DNA of 64,000 bases from a virus, in the IMG/VR virus record IMGVR_UViG_3300047462_000154, positions 64,001 through 128,000 of that record; one strand, written 5' to 3'. Positions within the stretch are counted from its first letter, which is position 1. Each line of letters opens with the position of its first letter. A program made the position numbers and the translations under genes. Under the pieces are notes generated by a model that saw nothing but the letters and a program-made list of their open reading frames with translations, did not search any database and was not told the DNA's origin. Of the stretch, positions 60,269-64,000 are shown in pieces.

Positions 60269-63200
60269 ATGACAGATAAACGTAGACAAATACAACAACT
60301 TCCAGCAATCAATCAAACTCAGGCATTAAAAGATTTTTTTGGTGTAACTGTTGATGAAGTTTTTCAACCAGGAACACCTGTTGCAACAAATGGATATATT
60401 GGACAAATTCCTCCATTATATGATAATCAATGGCAACCAAACACATATTATAATGTTAACGTTTATATTGTTTACAACAATATTCTTTATCAATGTGTAA
60501 CTTCACATACCAGTGTTTCAACATTTAATCCTGTATTATGGGCAGCGGTTGATTTTTATATTCAGGAACAAAATTCTGAAAGACAAAATTATCAACTTGA
60601 GCCTGGAATGACGAGCACTAATTCTTCAAATGTAATTACAAATGCTTTGACATATCCAGATTTGGTTGATTATATAGAAAATAATAACGGTATTATAACA
60701 AATCAACAAAGATTATTTGAAACAGATTATTATTCTTGGGCACCACCAATTGATATTGATAAATTTATCAATTTTCAACAATATTATTGGTTTGGTGATT
60801 TAAACGGAAGTAATGATTTGCCTACTTTGGTTTTGTCTTCTCCTATTTTTTCTTATACTGGTGATGGCACAACAACATCATTTGCTTTACCTAATAGCAT
60901 TTCTGGAATTTCTTCAAATCAAGAAACTCCTGCAATTTATGTCAATGGTGTTTCTGAACAATACACAATAAGTGGAAATAATATTATTTTAAGTGCTGCT
61001 CCTTCTGTTGGAGCTAAAATTATTACAACACGTTTCGATAATTTATATGATGCCATCAATAATCAAGAAACTTTTCCAATTTCTGAATTTATTAGTAACA
61101 TAACTGCATATAATGCAGATGGCTTCACTACGTCATTTGCTGATGTATATTCTACATCTTCGAATGAAAATCAATTTTTGGTTTTTTATACACCAAATGG
61201 AAGTATAACATCTACCTTATTAAATTCAAACAATTACAATTTAGAAAATGGTTTTGTTAATATTATTTCTTTACCAAATTCATTAACTGTTCCAAATTAT
61301 GGTGATACAATATCGATTGTTTTATTAAATGGTTTATTAAGTTTAACTGACATAAGTTCTATTCCTTCAGGTATATCTTATACTGATTTGCAATATCTTT
61401 CTTCTGGTATGCGAATTCAATTACTAGATACGCAAACATATTTTTTAACTTGGGATGAATCTCCTTGGGATTCTGGTTTATGGGATGGTGGTCAACCATT
61501 ATATTTTGTTGATGGTGTTGGTTCTTCAATACGTTTAACTTCTAGTAATTCTTTAATTACTGGTTTAAATGCACAATATGTTACAATTGACCGTTCATCG
61601 TTAGATAATAATCCGTGGTCATTAAGAAATTCTTGGGTTCATGTTGATACTTTTGCTTGGTCTGGTTTAAATTTTTCATCAAGACAAGCATCGCGCCAAA
61701 TCATAGAATTTGTGAAAGATATTGTATTATATAATTATGGATATCAAAGAATTTTACCTATATCAGCAACATTGACAAACAATGCTATGGTAAATGGTGT
61801 TGCTATAACATATTCCCAAATTGCTTTTGAAACGATTGGTTCTGTTTATGTTGATAATAATGTTTTATTAACCAATGGAATGAGATTACTTGTTTTGGGA
61901 ACAACACAAACATTATTTGAAGTTTCTGAACAAGACAATTTATATTTACTTACTCCTATTTCTGTTACTGTTGGTGATATTGCAAAAATTGGAACAAGTA
62001 CATCTGAATATTGGTATAATGGCACAGTTTGGAATTTGGCTCAAATTTGGAGTGAAAGCGCAAATCCTAGATTTGTTCTTTATGATATAGAAACAACACC
62101 AACTGCATTTGATGATAGCACAGTATATCCTAATAGTAATTTTGGTGCATCTAATGGTAATGAAATTTTTAGTTATCAAGTTGGCACAACATATGATTCA
62201 ATTTTAGCAAAATATATTAATTATGATTCCAATGGTTATATTATTTTTGAAAACGATACAGTTATTAATATATATACTTATCTATTAAATGGGGTTGTAA
62301 CTGATATAACCAGTCTTGCTTGTTATGGGGTTTCTACAAATTATTCAATAACTAATTCATTATCTACACAAGCATTGTGGTATAAATCTACAAATCCTTC
62401 AACTACACAACAAACAACAAATTCTAATGGATTTTATAATATACCTTTGAATTTAGAAGCAAATCCTTTATGGAATGATGTGACTACACTTTCAAAAAGT
62501 GAATATTTTTCTCATTTTACTTCAATAATTTCAAATCAAATTGGTATTGAAGGTGCCCCATATTATAACAATAATTGGAGAGACACTACCAAAAATTTAG
62601 GTTCTGGAACAGAAATATTACAACATCAAGCGCCATTATTGAAAGCGATGTTATTTGCTTCAGATAATAGGTTTGATATACCAACAGCGATAAAATATGC
62701 GGACCAAGAATACACAAGGTTCAAGAACAAATTTGCAAAAAAATTAAATGATTTATTAATTAAAGGTGTATTATCTGAAGATACTTCTCCACAAACTTGT
62801 GTTACAACTGCTTTAAATTCATTAAAAATTGACAAGAATAATACATTTCCGTTTTGGTTAAGCCAAATGGCTGGAGATTTTTATTTTATACCACCAACAC
62901 CAGCCTATTTGGGTATTTTGACGCCAACATTACCATCAACTTCATTGGTTATGGATTATACTTTTGGTGAACCGATTGAAATGATACAAGGTCATGATGG
63001 TTCGTTATCTCCTGCTTTTCAGGATTGGAGAGATAATGTTTTTATTGCTTTAGAAACACAAATTTATAATAGCATTCCAGAACAATTTATTACTCAATTG
63101 AGACCAATTTTTGATATAGAAAATTATATATCAAATAGATTTTATTCAGCAAATAATGGATATAATTTAGGAGAATTAAATTCAATTTTAGCACCTATTT

Positions 63201-64000
63201 TTGAAAGATGGGCACAAATTGGAAAATTTGATTTTAGAACTAACGGAACATATGACCCAACAAATCCATTTAGTTGGAATTATCGCGGATGTGTAGATAG
63301 ATATGGTAATTTAATGCCTGGGTCTTGGCGAGCAATTTATAATTTTTATTTTGATACAGATAAACCAGATACATGTCCTTGGGAAATGCTTGGTTTCACT
63401 TCAATGCCTTCTTGGTGGATTGCTAATTATGGAACAAATTATAGCCGTGGCAATACAGCCCTTTGGAGCGATTTAGAGACGGGTACAATACGTTCTGGTG
63501 TTCGTGCAGGGGTTGATGCAAGATATGCCCGTCCAGGGCTTTCTAACGTCATTCCTGTTGATGCTTCTGGTAATTTGCTAGACCCGATATCAGCAAGAAT
63601 TATTTTACAAGGTCCAGATTCGATAACTGCTGCCAGAAATTGGTTGTTTGGTGATGAAGGACCAGTTGAGCATTTATGGAAAACGAGTAGTTCATATAGA
63701 TTTGCTTTATCACAAGCGGCATTTTTGATGAAGCCTGCTAGATTTTCAGAAATATTTTGGGACACCATAAATTTTCAATTTGTTAATGACCAATGGGTTG
63801 ATGATCGTACAAGACAGCGCCCAATCATTACTTCTGATACTTTAATTCATGGTGAATTAAAAAATGATGAAACAACTTACGAAATTGTTTTTGGTATTCA
63901 GCAATGGTTGGTTGATAATCTTGTGTTTACTGGTCAAAAGGCGTCTGTTTTAGGTGATACAATACGTGGAATTGATGTAAATTTAATTTATAGAGTTGGT
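60269..64000 (+). CDS. giant baseplate/virion structural protein (3' truncated, absent from ORF track)
   Basis: MTDKRRQIQQLPAINQT...RQNYQLEP...YSWAPPIDIDKFINFQQYYW...NPWSLRNSW...PWEMLGF...PSWW; start and window end are in the same frame (~1244 codons). Confidence 0.85.
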   Translation, partial: MTDKRRQIQQLPAINQTQALKDFFGVTVDEVFQPGTPVATNGYIGQIPPLYDNQWQPNTYYNVNVYIVYNNILYQCVTSHTSVSTFNPVLWAAVDFYIQEQNSERQNYQLEPGMTSTNSSNVITNALTYPDLVDYIENNNGIITNQQRLFETDYYSWAPPIDIDKFINFQQYYWFGDLNGSNDLPTLVLSSPIFSYTGDGTTTSFALPNSISGISSNQETPAIYVNGVSEQYTISGNNIILSAAPSVGAKIITTRFDNLYDAINNQETFPISEFISNITAYNADGFTTSFADVYSTSSNENQFLVFYTPNGSITSTLLNSNNYNLENGFVNIISLPNSLTVPNYGDTISIVLLNGLLSLTDISSIPSGISYTDLQYLSSGMRIQLLDTQTYFLTWDESPWDSGLWDGGQPLYFVDGVGSSIRLTSSNSLITGLNAQYVTIDRSSLDNNPWSLRNSWVHVDTFAWSGLNFSSRQASRQIIEFVKDIVLYNYGYQRILPISATLTNNAMVNGVAITYSQIAFETIGSVYVDNNVLLTNGMRLLVLGTTQTLFEVSEQDNLYLLTPISVTVGDIAKIGTSTSEYWYNGTVWNLAQIWSESANPRFVLYDIETTPTAFDDSTVYPNSNFGASNGNEIFSYQVGTTYDSILAKYINYDSNGYIIFENDTVINIYTYLLNGVVTDITSLACYGVSTNYSITNSLSTQALWYKSTNPSTTQQTTNSNGFYNIPLNLEANPLWNDVTTLSKSEYFSHFTSIISNQIGIEGAPYYNNNWRDTTKNLGSGTEILQHQAPLLKAMLFASDNRFDIPTAIKYADQEYTRFKNKFAKKLNDLLIKGVLSEDTSPQTCVTTALNSLKIDKNNTFPFWLSQMAGDFYFIPPTPAYLGILTPTLPSTSLVMDYTFGEPIEMIQGHDGSLSPAFQDWRDNVFIALETQIYNSIPEQFITQLRPIFDIENYISNRFYSANNGYNLGELNSILAPIFERWAQIGKFDFRTNGTYDPTNPFSWNYRGCVDRYGNLMPGSWRAIYNFYFDTDKPDTCPWEMLGFTSMPSWWIANYGTNYSRGNTALWSDLETGTIRSGVRAGVDARYARPGLSNVIPVDASGNLLDPISARIILQGPDSITAARNWLFGDEGPVEHLWKTSSSYRFALSQAAFLMKPARFSEIFWDTINFQFVNDQWVDDRTRQRPIITSDTLIHGELKNDETTYEIVFGIQQWLVDNLVFTGQKASVLGDTIRGIDVNLIYRVG

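Noticed and set aside
1-64000. CRISPR arrays, tRNA or rRNA genes
   Set aside because: Intergenic gaps are short and show no repeat-spacer periodicity or cloverleaf motifs by eye; tRNAscan-SE and a CRISPR finder would confirm

Overview
AT-rich (roughly 30% GC by eye) segment of a jumbo myovirus with T4-like, Rak2/GAP32/Atu_ph07-style organisation. It holds a ~24 kb fibre/receptor-binding cluster (0.8-24.5 kb), a tail sheath, a baseplate module (gp53-, hub-, gp5-, gp25-, gp6-like genes and a giant ORF running off the 3' end), and a gp55-like late sigma factor with TATAAATA late promoters. Accessory genes include an M16 peptidase, nucleotidyltransferase, AlkB, deaminase, Nudix, J-domain, SWIM, ART-like and kinase-like genes. 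Highlights: (1) guaC is fractured by a naturally split IMPDH-1-like intein with a strongly acidic IntC, its halves separated by a doubly frameshifted Vsr/Hef-like endonuclease absent from the ORF track; (2) the late sigma factor carries an atypical intein; (3) three neighbouring proteins share a T4 capsid-targeting-like N-terminus, including a kinase-like protein and an ART-glucosaminidase fusion; (4) a possible RBS-sequestering hairpin straddles the sheath late promoter; (5) lesions and duplicated gene-start stubs cluster in small or accessory genes; (6) virion proteins are Lys-poor and GATC appears avoided. No tRNA, rRNA or CRISPR array was seen. All functional calls are from motif recognition by eye, not database searches.
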